DNA from: Candidatus Peregrinibacteria bacterium HGW-Peregrinibacteria-1
Lineage (GTDB): Bacteria > Patescibacteriota > Gracilibacteria > UBA1369 > LOWO2-01-FULL-3
Assembly (NCBI GenBank): GCA_002839505.1
Contig: PGYE01000001.1
Coordinates: 230,459-294,458, forward strand
Direction of reading: 5' to 3'
DNA: 64,000 nucleotides
This document shows positions 27,556-37,568 of this stretch, piece by piece. Both the position numbers and the translations under genes were made by a program. Under the pieces are notes generated by a model. That model was not told where the DNA came from, made no database searches, and was given only the letters and a program-made list of their open reading frames with translations. Numbering within the stretch: the first letter of the stretch is position 1; every line of letters starts with the position of its first letter.

Positions 27556-29913
27556 ATGAAAATCACCTCTCAACATATCAATTGGTTAAAAGCCTATACC
27601 CGATTAACCGACTATCTTGGAGTTGCTCAGATCTACCTCAAAGACAACTTCTATCTCGAAGAACCACTTCATCTCAAGCACCTAAAAGAACGACCACTTG
27701 GCCACTGGGGCACCGTACCGGGACTAAACCTCATCTACGCCGCCCTCAACCTACTCGTCACCGAAACCAAATCCGAAGTCTTAATGGTAACCGGCCCTGG
27801 ACATGGCGCTCCCTCAACGCTCGCCAACCTCTACCTCGAAAAAACTCTCTACGAATTTTATCCTCAATATACCCTTGATCGCAAAGGAGCCGCCCACATC
27901 ATCAAAGATTTTTCGTGGCCCCACAGCCCTTTCCCCAGCCATGTCACCCCCAGCGTTCCCGGATCAATCCTAGAAGGAGGAGAACTTGGCTACAGTCTTG
28001 CCACCGCCTTCGGAGCCGTCCTCGACAATCCCGATCTTATCGCCGCCGTCGCCGTTGGCGATGGTGAAGCCGAGACTGGACCGATCGCCACCGCCTGGCA
28101 CACCAACAAATTCTTGAACCCGAGAACTTCCGGCGCTGTCCTACCGATAGTCCACATCAACGGCTACAAAATCTCCAACTCCACCATCTACTCTTCCATG
28201 GATGACACTGAATTAACCGACTTATTCCATGGCTACGGCTACGAACCTATAATCGTTTCCGCCCCCAAACTGGAAAGCAAAATGCTCGAAGCCACATTTA
28301 AGGCCTACGAAATGATCCGCGACATCCAAAAACGCGCCCGCACCGGCAAAACAATTCCTCAAAAACCCAAATGGCCGGTTATTCTTCTACGATCCCCAAA
28401 AGGCTGGAAAGGAATCACCACCTTCAAAGGTAAGCCCATCGAGGACTCCTTCCGTTCGCACGGAGTACCAATCGAAAATCTCGCTAAAGACCCCGATGCC
28501 TTTCCTGCAGTCAAGGAATGGCTGGAAAGTTATAATGTACACGAGCTTCTTGATAAAAAGGGAGTCCCCACCAGTGAAGTTCTCAAATATGTTCCCACCG
28601 GTAAACTCCGCATCGGAATGAACACCCACGCCATCGGAGGCAACCATCTCAAAGAACTCAAAATTCCACGACTATCCAATTACTCCATCAGCAAACCCGG
28701 AAAAGGCACCTCAATCGGCAGCAGCATGGAAGCCGGAGCGCTCCTCCTCCGCGACATCATCAAAGAAAACCCTGAAAACTTCCGCATCTTCTGCCCCGAC
28801 GAAGTCGAATCCAATAAACTCGGCGCCGTATTCCAAGAGACCAATAGAGAGTACCAATGGCCAATATCCGACAATGCCGAAAACACCGCTCAAGAAGGGC
28901 GAGTGATCGAAATGTTGAGCGAACACAATCTACAAGGACTTTACCAAGGATACCTTTTAACAGGCCGTCACGGACTTCTTGTAAGTTATGAAGCATTCAT
29001 TGCAATCATCTCTAGCATGGTTGACCAACACGCCAAATTCCTCAAACAAAGCCTTCGCGTACCATGGAGAAAACCTGTCCCCAGCGCCGTCTACCTCCTC
29101 ACTAGCGTCGGCTGGCGCCAAGAACACAACGGCTACTCACACCAAAACCCCAGCTTCGTAAGCAACATTTTACTTAAACACGGACAATTCTCTCAAGTCT
29201 ACTACCCCGCCGACGCCAACAGCTTGCTTGTAGCCCTTGAAGAAACACTCCAAAAGAAAGACTCCATCAGCGTTATTGTCTCCGATAAGCGCCCTATGCG
29301 CCAATGGCAGACTCTCTCACAAGCTCGCCGTCAAGCCAAGACCGGCTTTGGAGTTTGGGATTGGGTTGGTGGTGTTACCGCCTCCAAGAACCCCGATATC
29401 GTCGTTGCATCAGCCGGAGATCACATTACTCAAGAAGCGATCGACGCCGTAGTCATGGCCAAAAAACTCATCCCTGAAGTCAAAATCCGCTATGTCAATG
29501 TATCAGAACTCACCGCTCTCGGACTTGGAGACTACCTACCTAGCAAAAAAAACAAACTCACCCAGCAGCAATTTAATGAAGTATTTACCGATAAAAAGCC
29601 CATAGTATTCAACTACCATGGCTACACAAGCGATATCCAAAACATACTCTGGCCATACGTCAACTCCGATCGCCTCAGCCTCCACGGCTACTCCGAAGAA
29701 GGCTCGACTACCACCCCATTCGACATGAAACTCGTCAACGGAGTCAGCAGCTACCATCTACTCAAAGACATTATCAACTACGCATCCAAAACTCATAAAT
29801 CGGTATCTCGCAATCGCAGTAAACTGCTCACCCTAATCGACAACCGCATCGAAGACCACCAAAATAATATTATCCGCTATGGTACCGACCCCAACAACAT
29901 CGCCACTTTCTGA
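27556..29913 (+). CDS. xfp: Xylulose-5-phosphate / fructose-6-phosphate phosphoketolase
   Basis: 785 aa. N-terminal ...YLKDN..L...L...H.K.R.LGHWGT.PG... and the EGGELGY and GDGEAETG (TPP-binding) motifs typical of XFP. Confidence 0.93.
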   Translation: MKITSQHINWLKAYTRLTDYLGVAQIYLKDNFYLEEPLHLKHLKERPLGHWGTVPGLNLIYAALNLLVTETKSEVLMVTGPGHGAPSTLANLYLEKTLYEFYPQYTLDRKGAAHIIKDFSWPHSPFPSHVTPSVPGSILEGGELGYSLATAFGAVLDNPDLIAAVAVGDGEAETGPIATAWHTNKFLNPRTSGAVLPIVHINGYKISNSTIYSSMDDTELTDLFHGYGYEPIIVSAPKLESKMLEATFKAYEMIRDIQKRARTGKTIPQKPKWPVILLRSPKGWKGITTFKGKPIEDSFRSHGVPIENLAKDPDAFPAVKEWLESYNVHELLDKKGVPTSEVLKYVPTGKLRIGMNTHAIGGNHLKELKIPRLSNYSISKPGKGTSIGSSMEAGALLLRDIIKENPENFRIFCPDEVESNKLGAVFQETNREYQWPISDNAENTAQEGRVIEMLSEHNLQGLYQGYLLTGRHGLLVSYEAFIAIISSMVDQHAKFLKQSLRVPWRKPVPSAVYLLTSVGWRQEHNGYSHQNPSFVSNILLKHGQFSQVYYPADANSLLVALEETLQKKDSISVIVSDKRPMRQWQTLSQARRQAKTGFGVWDWVGGVTASKNPDIVVASAGDHITQEAIDAVVMAKKLIPEVKIRYVNVSELTALGLGDYLPSKKNKLTQQQFNEVFTDKKPIVFNYHGYTSDIQNILWPYVNSDRLSLHGYSEEGSTTTPFDMKLVNGVSSYHLLKDIINYASKTHKSVSRNRSKLLTLIDNRIEDHQNNIIRYGTDPNNIATF

Positions 29914-30766
29914 TAAAAACCGGCTAATAGGAGCGCATGTGTCCGCCTCCGGCGGACTCCACAACGCCTTTTCCAATGCCGAAAATATCGGAGCCAACGC
30001 CATGCAAATCTTTGGCGCCTCACCCCGTCAGTGGAGCGTAGCTTTTCCAAACTCTGATATTATCGACAAATTCAATCAAATAAGGCAAAAATCCCCAGTC
30101 AAGAAAATATTCCTCCATGCAAGCTATCTCGTCAATCTTGGCACGCCAAACGAGGAACTATACCAAAAATCAATTAAAAACCTCACAGCACACCTTAAAA
30201 TCGCCAATGCGCTTAATGCCGAGGGACTCATCTACCACATTGGATCCTACAAAGACACCACCCCACAGGAAAGTTATCACCGAATTGCCTCCGGAATGCT
30301 TCAAGTCCTCAAAGACGCCCCCGGGAAGGCTCATCTCATCATGGAAAACGCCTCCGGCGGGGGCTCCAAAATCGGCATCACCCCCGAAGAAATTGGCGAA
30401 ATATTCCACCTAGCCAACCACCCCCAAATAAAAGTCTGCATCGACACCGCCCATGCCTTCGCCGCCGGCCTACTCGAAACTTTCACCCCCGACGAACTCC
30501 AGCAGCTCACAAATCGCTGCCAACAATCATTTGGCCTCGAAAACCTCGCAGTCCTTCACATCAACGACTCCAAAGCCCCATACAACAGCGCCAAAGACCG
30601 CCACGAAAACCTCGGACAAGGACACATTGGCCTCCCCGCCTTTCGCAATCTTGCCTCCCACCCCTATCTCTCCTCTATTCCATGGATCCTCGAAGTACCA
30701 GGTTTCACCGGCAACGGCCCCGACCAAGAAAACATACAAATAGCTCAAAGCTTATTTGCTTATTAA
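29879..30766 (+). CDS. nfo: Endonuclease IV (AP endonuclease)
   Basis: 295 aa. IGAHVSASGG N-terminus, HASYLVNL, CIDTAHAFAAG, HINDSK motifs. The ATG overlaps the xfp 3' end by 35 nt. Confidence 0.88.
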   Translation: MVPTPTTSPLSDKNRLIGAHVSASGGLHNAFSNAENIGANAMQIFGASPRQWSVAFPNSDIIDKFNQIRQKSPVKKIFLHASYLVNLGTPNEELYQKSIKNLTAHLKIANALNAEGLIYHIGSYKDTTPQESYHRIASGMLQVLKDAPGKAHLIMENASGGGSKIGITPEEIGEIFHLANHPQIKVCIDTAHAFAAGLLETFTPDELQQLTNRCQQSFGLENLAVLHINDSKAPYNSAKDRHENLGQGHIGLPAFRNLASHPYLSSIPWILEVPGFTGNGPDQENIQIAQSLFAY

Positions 30767-31858
30767 ATACCTTCTTATACTATCTAACAGCTCCCTAAAG
30801 CATCGCGCTTGCAAGTCTGTCAGCTCTTTTGACTTTAAACGAAATTTCGCGGAGTCAGCCATGCATAGAACGATATTATTAAGAGTGGTATAAAATCTCT
30901 CAATTTCCGAATTAGTCTCCATAAGCAAAAGTTTTGTCCTGATAAATTCGCCCAGATTTTCAGTAAAAATAAGCACATCTTTCTCTTCTCGTATTTCTGA
31001 AATTTCCTCGTCCAAAAAGAACTGAACATCCGAATATTCTGGCTTAACAATTGTTAAAATCTCTTTATCATCAGCCATATCTTTAACCTCACAATGATCA
31101 CCCTGCAACTCCAACAATAATTTCAACTTATTCTCAAAAATTGCCATATGAATCGGAAAAGCACTATCCCTGCCATCACCAAAAATATTATACCAACACT
31201 CCATATACGCCCTTGTACAAGTACCGATATAGTCATCTACACTGAATGAATTCGAAAGCTTGGGATATTCCATCGCACATAAAGACGCTAATCCAGTACT
31301 ATCCTCTGCTTTGCGACTTATTATTTTCCTATAATCCTTGTTCAACCTTAATTGCACCTCATCCACTTCACTGAGCACATTAGGAAATAGAGCCAAAATA
31401 CCAAAAATATCGCGATTTTCTGCATCTAACACCACAGGACAATCCAATCTGTTCATCTTATCCAAAGGTGACACCGAGTAACCAAACTCTTTTTCATTGC
31501 TGCCTTCCTCCATCTCTATATCTACGCAATCACATTTGAAGAAGAATGCTTGCCCCCAATAATCAATATCATCTGGCCCCATCTCACTAAAATTATTCAA
31601 CAAATAGGTCTTCAATGCCTCCTCAGCACTCTCCATCAATTCATCAAAGTCAATCACCTTACTAAGTCCTTGATCATGATAAGCCCGTACGCATACCAAA
31701 GCGACATTAGAAATCTTCTCCTCGATCGATCCAAAAGAATTTATGTTCACATCCATAAATTCAGTACCACAAACATGTATCAATTGTTCACAAAAATATT
31801 TCACCCTCTCACTAACCTGTGAATCAAGGGATTTGTTGTCAGGTTTATTCATCGACAT
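30752..31858 (-). CDS. Hypothetical acidic cytoplasmic protein (368 aa)
   Basis: Long ORF with no TM and no recognisable domain. Its 3' end converges on nfo and overlaps it by 15 nt. Confidence 0.6.
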   Translation of the reverse strand: MSMNKPDNKSLDSQVSERVKYFCEQLIHVCGTEFMDVNINSFGSIEEKISNVALVCVRAYHDQGLSKVIDFDELMESAEEALKTYLLNNFSEMGPDDIDYWGQAFFFKCDCVDIEMEEGSNEKEFGYSVSPLDKMNRLDCPVVLDAENRDIFGILALFPNVLSEVDEVQLRLNKDYRKIISRKAEDSTGLASLCAMEYPKLSNSFSVDDYIGTCTRAYMECWYNIFGDGRDSAFPIHMAIFENKLKLLLELQGDHCEVKDMADDKEILTIVKPEYSDVQFFLDEEISEIREEKDVLIFTENLGEFIRTKLLLMETNSEIERFYTTLNNIVLCMADSAKFRLKSKELTDLQARCFRELLDSIRRYLISK

Positions 31859-31978
31859 TCTAAGTATTTTAGATTAATAGATTTATAAAAAAGTGCCTCA
31901 TTATAACTACGAAACCAAAACTGTCAAATTGCAAGATATTTTCATATGTGTTAAAATTAAAAATCTGTAAAGAAAAAT

Positions 31979-32779
31979 ATGTCACCAAATAATAAAGATG
32001 TTTCTCCAGACTTACCTCAATCCTCCCCTCAGGAAGATTTAGAAACTACAACCCCTGCCACCAAAAGAATTCGTCGCAACACCCCAGAGGCAAGAAAAAG
32101 CGTCCACACTGGCCGTCATACCAGCATTCAACAAATTACCGAGGAACTCGATCGATTATTAACTCTGGAAATTGGGGAGTCACCCATAAAGCCCAGAATA
32201 AACCTGGAATATTACCCATTAGATGATTTAAAGAATACCATTGCCGGTATTCAAGAGCGCTACCAACAGCGCAGAGATATTCAAAAACAAGTAAGAGACT
32301 CTATTGATAGATTAATTGAGCAAGTCACCAAATTGTCCCCCAAAGGAACCCCCGAAGAAAACCGTTCTCATGAGGTAAACAACCTGGCGTCAGAAATTTA
32401 CCGAGTTGAAAAAGTCGCTAAAATAATTTCTGAAAAGATAGCCGACCCCAAAATAAACGAAGGACAACTACACTTTGAACTTACTGAAGCGATTGCTCGA
32501 TTCTACCTTAATGACATCAAAGAACAATCCGGATCATTTAGTAAAGAAAAGCTTATTAGGGCTATATCAATGGTTCTTCCAAGGTACTCCTACCCCGACA
32601 TCAAGAAACTCAATCATCATGACATATCTGACCTTAGCCAAAGAATAGTACAGATTTTAAAAGTTGCCTATAGAATGGGCCGACTCGCTCATCGCAGCAC
32701 GCAAGATTCGATTTTATCGCCTACGCCCACGCCCACTGATTCTCTTCCGCCAACAGAAAATAAACGAAAAAAGCGCTGA
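31979..32779 (+). CDS. Hypothetical hydrophilic protein (266 aa)
   Basis: Clean ORF with basic, disordered N- and C-termini and no recognisable domain. Its stop codon (32777-32779) abuts the 3' end of tRNA-Pro. Confidence 0.55.
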   Translation: MSPNNKDVSPDLPQSSPQEDLETTTPATKRIRRNTPEARKSVHTGRHTSIQQITEELDRLLTLEIGESPIKPRINLEYYPLDDLKNTIAGIQERYQQRRDIQKQVRDSIDRLIEQVTKLSPKGTPEENRSHEVNNLASEIYRVEKVAKIISEKIADPKINEGQLHFELTEAIARFYLNDIKEQSGSFSKEKLIRAISMVLPRYSYPDIKKLNHHDISDLSQRIVQILKVAYRMGRLAHRSTQDSILSPTPTPTDSLPPTENKRKKR

Positions 32780-32856
32780 TGGTCGGGATGCTGGGACTCG
32801 AACCCAGGGCCTCATGGTCCCAAACCATGCACTCTAGCCAACTGAGCTACATCCCG
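32780..32856 (-). tRNA. tRNA-Pro (anticodon UGG)
   Basis: The reverse complement folds as a 77-nt cloverleaf: acceptor CGGGATG/CATCCCG, anticodon arm CATGG-TTTGGGA-CCATG, T-arm CTGGG-TTCGAGT-CCCAG, encoded CCA. Confidence 0.95.
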
Positions 32857-32951
32857 ATAAATCAACGCGAGCACAATTCTAATCAACTTTTCGGGAATTG
32901 CAAAGTAAAAATACGACGCACCTCACAATTCCCAAAACAGTTTCCACTCCC

Positions 32952-35627
32952 CTAGATACCTTTTAGCTTCATCACCAAAACAATTACCTTAGCCACTTGA
33001 GCTCTGGTCATACTGTCGCTTGGACCAAAATTACCGTTTTCGTATCCCGAAACCACTGCATTTTCAACAGCAAATGAAATCAAATCTACATACCAAGCAT
33101 CTGCGCTGACATCCGGAAAAGAATGAGAACCTCCCGTATTCAATGCCAACTCCGAAGCTTTCAATATTATTGCCAAGGCCTCAGCGCGATTCACAAACTC
33201 ATTAGGTCTGAATGTACCGTCCTCATAACCTGAAATATATTCAACCATTTTTGCGGTTTCCACATAATCGATAAACCAATCTTGCGCTGACACATCAGAG
33301 AATGAAGATGTGTCTCTAGTTTCAATGTCTACTCCATAAGCTTCCAACACCATCTTCAGAAGTTCCGCCCTTGTCACAGCATCCTCAGGTGCAAAAGAAT
33401 CCGCACTCTTACCTGCAACCACACCCTTCGCTCTCAGCTCTTCAACATAGGTACCGGCCCAATGTCCCCGAATATCTTCAAACGGACTACCACTAAAGTC
33501 AGTATTTCCATTTGAATTTGAAGAAGCTCCGCCACTGGCACTGCCAAGATTCGCATTCGTCACCGCAATTAATGGCACGCCACCTCCCGAAGCAGGACTA
33601 GCTGTCATTCTATCAACTCTCGTCGCGGCTGGGCTTAAATTATCAGCATCATCAACTTGATAAATCTGGAAATAATATCTCGTTCCTTGGGTCAAGCCAG
33701 TCACCACAGTTGAAGTAGTTCCTACCACAGACAGATCCGCATCATCACCGGAATCCCACAGTGTGCCGTTCGAATTTGAAACATTTTCATCTGTCGAATA
33801 GTAAATCACATATTCTGCAAAATCAGCTGTCACCGAAGCATCCCAGCTTAAAGAAATACTATCGAGAGTCGCAGCCGTAGTAGCAAAATTAGCGACCACA
33901 TCAGGTGCGATTGAATCAACCCCATCCAAATTATCCCTCACGCCATCACCAAATCTATTGCTAGAAACAGCTGTCTTCGGAGTTGTCTCATTTAAATCTG
34001 TCACCGTAGCAGTCACTGCCGACAGAGGATCATCCGCCCCGACATCAATACCATTTACCCCTGCATCGGCCACCTCAAAAGTAACAGTAAAGGTATTAGG
34101 CTGTCCACTATTATGTTCTGTACATTCCATGGCCTCATCAACCGCCCCGCCATAGGCACTCAAATCTACCGTTACTGTAGTAAGACCGGGAACCGACATA
34201 CAATGCTCTCCCGCCCCCGTATCGTAGTCAGAATTATATACATTCACAAAAACCCTAAAAGTATCCCCAATATTCAGAATGTTATTCGCATCCACATCAT
34301 TAATAAGCTCTAAATAAACACTGTCTATCACAATACTATTCTCAGGCGTCACCGGAGGAGTCCCTTCAAAATAATAAACCGCCCCACCGCTATTCACTGT
34401 CAGCGAATATCCATCAGCACCGACAAAGGCATCATACCCGTCCAGTACAACTTTAAACCCAAACCAATCATTGTCGGCACCATTACTCGCCGTTAAAATC
34501 TGGGACTGTCCCCAATTATCTATCCCACCTTCATCCTTCTTAAATACATAAGCCGCCCCAACATCGCCAGCCCCAACCAGGTGGGCTCCAACCAATACTA
34601 CATCATTTCTAATCGCTATGCTTTTACCAAACTGATCACTTGCCGCTCCATCCGAAGCATTTAGTTTCTTAATTTGCCCCCAATTATTAGCTCCACCAGA
34701 ATCCTTTTTGAAAACATAGGCCGCCCCTGAACCGGCACCCGCATCATCCTTCCCATATGCTCCAACTACCACATACTCACCATCCTCTGAAACACCTACT
34801 GAATTCCCAAACCATGCTTGAATTTCCGGATCAGAGGCATTCAGCTTTTTAATCTGCCCCCAATTATCCGCGCCACCTTGATCCACATGGTATATATACA
34901 CCGATCCCGCCGCATCAAAACCATCATCATCAGTATAAGCTCCTACTACCACATACTGATTATCATCCGACATCGCCAGCGATCTTCCAAACCAATCGCC
35001 TGCCGCTCCATCCGAAGCCGTTAGTTTTTTAATCTGCCCCCAGTTATCCACTCCACCTTGATCTTTATGAAAGATATATGCCGATCCTGCCGCACTACCA
35101 CCATCATCATCTCTATAAGCACCTACTACCAAGTAGTCCCCTTTAATTATAACTTCGTCACCGAAAAAATCAGAAGCTGCAATATCACTCGAAATCACCT
35201 TCTTCACAAAATTCCATGATGTGCCATCTCTCTTATATAAAAATACTGCCCCAGCCTGTCCTCCACCGGTCCCGTCATTGTTATCGGCCACCACCGCCCA
35301 ATCCCCGCTTATCGTCACATCATCGGCAAAATAAGAAGAAATACCAGCCTCCACAATTGAGTCCTGATGAGACCATACTCCCGCCACCTTATGGAAAATT
35401 TCCGCTCTATTGGAACCAGTAAGCCCCACAATCATATAGTCACCGCTGACATCAAGGGTGCTACCAAGGTAATCACTTGCCACCGGAGTGGGTCTTTCCA
35501 CCACCTGACTTTCCGTGAAATTTGCCGACACCATCGTCGGAAAAAGCCCCAAAGCAACAAAGGCTAAGACAAATCCCAGATGACGCCTGGTCGCCAAAAA
35601 CTGGAAGTTTTGATAAAACTTATTCAT
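32952..35627 (-). CDS. Secreted giant surface protein: FG-GAP-like beta-propeller repeats, FN3, 3 C-terminal SLH-type repeats
   Basis: 891 aa with a signal/TM (LGFVLAFVALGLFPTMVSA). About 7 repeats of ...DxFGxSVAxxxDxxVVGAYxDDxxGxxAGAAYVFxKDxGGxxNWGQxxKLxASD... C-terminal FEDIRGHWAGTYVEELRAKGVVAG... SLH repeats. Confidence 0.85.
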   Translation of the reverse strand: MNKFYQNFQFLATRRHLGFVLAFVALGLFPTMVSANFTESQVVERPTPVASDYLGSTLDVSGDYMIVGLTGSNRAEIFHKVAGVWSHQDSIVEAGISSYFADDVTISGDWAVVADNNDGTGGGQAGAVFLYKRDGTSWNFVKKVISSDIAASDFFGDEVIIKGDYLVVGAYRDDDGGSAAGSAYIFHKDQGGVDNWGQIKKLTASDGAAGDWFGRSLAMSDDNQYVVVGAYTDDDGFDAAGSVYIYHVDQGGADNWGQIKKLNASDPEIQAWFGNSVGVSEDGEYVVVGAYGKDDAGAGSGAAYVFKKDSGGANNWGQIKKLNASDGAASDQFGKSIAIRNDVVLVGAHLVGAGDVGAAYVFKKDEGGIDNWGQSQILTASNGADNDWFGFKVVLDGYDAFVGADGYSLTVNSGGAVYYFEGTPPVTPENSIVIDSVYLELINDVDANNILNIGDTFRVFVNVYNSDYDTGAGEHCMSVPGLTTVTVDLSAYGGAVDEAMECTEHNSGQPNTFTVTFEVADAGVNGIDVGADDPLSAVTATVTDLNETTPKTAVSSNRFGDGVRDNLDGVDSIAPDVVANFATTAATLDSISLSWDASVTADFAEYVIYYSTDENVSNSNGTLWDSGDDADLSVVGTTSTVVTGLTQGTRYYFQIYQVDDADNLSPAATRVDRMTASPASGGGVPLIAVTNANLGSASGGASSNSNGNTDFSGSPFEDIRGHWAGTYVEELRAKGVVAGKSADSFAPEDAVTRAELLKMVLEAYGVDIETRDTSSFSDVSAQDWFIDYVETAKMVEYISGYEDGTFRPNEFVNRAEALAIILKASELALNTGGSHSFPDVSADAWYVDLISFAVENAVVSGYENGNFGPSDSMTRAQVAKVIVLVMKLKGI

Positions 35628-35827
35628 ATTTTGTATGTTTTTAAAAATGATATTTTTTTAGGAATGAATACTAACAACGAAAATAATACGTTTTATTGGC
35701 ACTCCTATCAACACAAAATAAACCCAGATTTATTAATATCAATCCCCAGCACAACCCCTTTCAAACTACCAACAAAGAAACTATAATCCCCCTACACACC
35801 TAAAAAAGCCCGAATAACAAAACCACC

Positions 35828-36709
35828 GTGAACCTTGAAACCAACAAATCTTTAGCTCGCTATTCTACCTTTATGGTCGGTGGGCCTGCCGACTATTTTA
35901 TTTCTGCAACATCACAGGAGGAAATCATCGAAGCCATCAAATTTGCACACCAAAAAGCCATACCATTTATTTTAATCGGCGGCGGCAGCAACATTATCTT
36001 TGACGATCTCGGATTTCGCGGACTGGTCATATTGAACCAATCTCAAGACTTCAGCGTCTCAAACGACAGTATCACCGCCGACTCCGGCATGCGTGTCTCA
36101 AAACTCATTAAAATCGCACAAGAACACAACCTCAACGGCCTAGAACCATGGGTTGGACTCCCCGGCACTTTCGGTGGCGCAATACGGGGAAACGCCGGCT
36201 GCCACGGACTCGAAACCAAAGATATCCTTACCTCCGCCACCCTCCTTGACCCAAAAACACTTCAAGTAATTAAAATCACACCCCAAGAACTTCAATACAG
36301 TTACCGTGAAAGCAGCATCAAGCACAGTGATCATCTAGTATTAGACGGCACCATCAAATTGCAAAAAAACGCCCTCTCCAAAGAAGAAACACAAGCCCTG
36401 ATCAAAGAAAACAGCCTCAAACGCATCACCACTCAACCTCGCGGACTCACCTGCGGCTCATTTTTCAAAAACCCTCCCGATAATTCCGCCGGAAGATTGA
36501 TCCAAGAAGCCGGATTGAAAGGATTCATCCTCGACAAAGCTCAAATATCCGATAAGCACGCCAATTTTTTCCTCAATCTCGGTGGCGCCACCGCTGACAA
36601 CATCAAGACACTCGCCCGCACCGCCCGCCAAAAAGTACAAGCTTCATCCGGAATAACCCTCCTTGAAGAAGTCCAAATATATGATCAACACGGCAAAACT
36701 AAATTATAA
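35828..36709 (+). CDS. murB: UDP-N-acetylenolpyruvoylglucosamine reductase
   Basis: 293 aa with a GTG start. YSTFMVGGPADYF, ILIGGGSNI, PGTFGGAIRGNAGCHG and GSFFKNP motifs of MurB. Confidence 0.9.
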   Translation: MNLETNKSLARYSTFMVGGPADYFISATSQEEIIEAIKFAHQKAIPFILIGGGSNIIFDDLGFRGLVILNQSQDFSVSNDSITADSGMRVSKLIKIAQEHNLNGLEPWVGLPGTFGGAIRGNAGCHGLETKDILTSATLLDPKTLQVIKITPQELQYSYRESSIKHSDHLVLDGTIKLQKNALSKEETQALIKENSLKRITTQPRGLTCGSFFKNPPDNSAGRLIQEAGLKGFILDKAQISDKHANFFLNLGGATADNIKTLARTARQKVQASSGITLLEEVQIYDQHGKTKL

Positions 36710-36788
36710 CCAAAAATGCGTTAATAGCTTTTACTAAAAAACAAGCATGTGATATAATTTCGCCAGTTTTTTTAATAACAAAATTCCT

Positions 36789-37190
36789 ATGAAACTAAAC
36801 ACAAGCTCAATCAAACAGTTCCTGATGGTTTTTGCCATCATGGTTGGCGCTATCTCTTTATTTTCAGTTGCTCCCCTCGCGGAAGCGACACAGCTCACCA
36901 CCTCAAATGACAACATTCTTGGTGGAGAAACAAGTCTTCGTCAGGTTGTCCTCAACATCGTCAACTTTGCACTTGGATTCCTTGGGCTTCTTGCGGTAAT
37001 CATGATCATCTACGCTGGTTTCCTTTATGTTACAGCTGCCGGTAATCAAGAAAATGTTGATAACGCTAAAAAAATCATTATGTATGCCATCATCGGTATC
37101 ATTATCATCTTGATCTCATTTGCGATTGTTAACACCGTTCTTGTCGCTACAGAATCAACAGATACAGTAGGACCAGGTACAACTCTCTAA
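36789..37190 (+). CDS. Small secreted membrane protein, TrbC/VirB2-like (T4SS-pilin-like) topology
   Basis: 133 aa. Signal peptide ending ...APLAEA, then two long hydrophobic helices (FALGFLGLLAVIMIIYAGFLYV and IIMYAIIGIIIILISFAIVNTVLV) separated by a short polar loop. The assignment rests on architecture only. Confidence 0.5.
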   Translation: MKLNTSSIKQFLMVFAIMVGAISLFSVAPLAEATQLTTSNDNILGGETSLRQVVLNIVNFALGFLGLLAVIMIIYAGFLYVTAAGNQENVDNAKKIIMYAIIGIIIILISFAIVNTVLVATESTDTVGPGTTL

Positions 37191-37205
37191 GCTAAATTTT
37201 CCCAT

Positions 37206-37242
37206 AAAAATCCCACTTGGATCTGATCCGGTGGGATTTTTT
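37206..37242 (+). terminator. Rho-independent terminator
   Basis: aaaaatcccac (37206-37216) pairs with gtgggattttt (37231-37241). There is an inner stem and a T-run. Confidence 0.8.
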
Positions 37243-37301
37243 AAATACATTTGACTAGTAAAGCCAATTTACATAAACTAACGACCGCATGTTTATAATG
37301 C

Positions 37302-37377
37302 GCCACTTTAGCTCAGTTGGTAGAGCAACTGTCTTGTAAACAGTAGGTCGTCGGTTCGACTCCGACAAGTGGCTCCA
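37302..37377 (+). tRNA. tRNA-Thr (anticodon UGU)
   Basis: 76-nt cloverleaf: acceptor GCCACTT/AAGTGGC, anticodon arm ACTGT-CTTGTAA-ACAGT, T-arm GTCGG-TTCGACT-CCGAC, encoded CCA. Confidence 0.95.
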
Positions 37378-37387
37378 TCTCAAATGT

Positions 37388-37472
37388 GGGTAGGTACCGA
37401 AGCGGTCAAACGGGGCAGACTGTAAATCTGCTGGCTCAGCCTTCGGGGGTTCGAATCCCTCCCTGCCCACCA
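37388..37472 (+). tRNA. tRNA-Tyr (anticodon GUA), long variable arm
   Basis: 85 nt: acceptor GGGTAGG/CCTGCCC, anticodon arm GCAGA-CTGTAAA-TCTGC, 13-nt variable arm, T-arm GGGGG-TTCGAAT-CCCTC, encoded CCA. Confidence 0.93.
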
Positions 37473-37568
37473 TAAAAGCAATCTGGCGCTAGTCGCTCTG
37501 CTTTTTCATGTATTGAATAAAATACCAAGATTTGCTACAAATAGGTTTACATTATTAACCAAATTTCT

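Noticed and set aside
37255-37473. 72-aa minus-strand ORF
   Set aside because: It is fully overlapped by two canonical tRNA genes (Thr and Tyr) on the plus strand.
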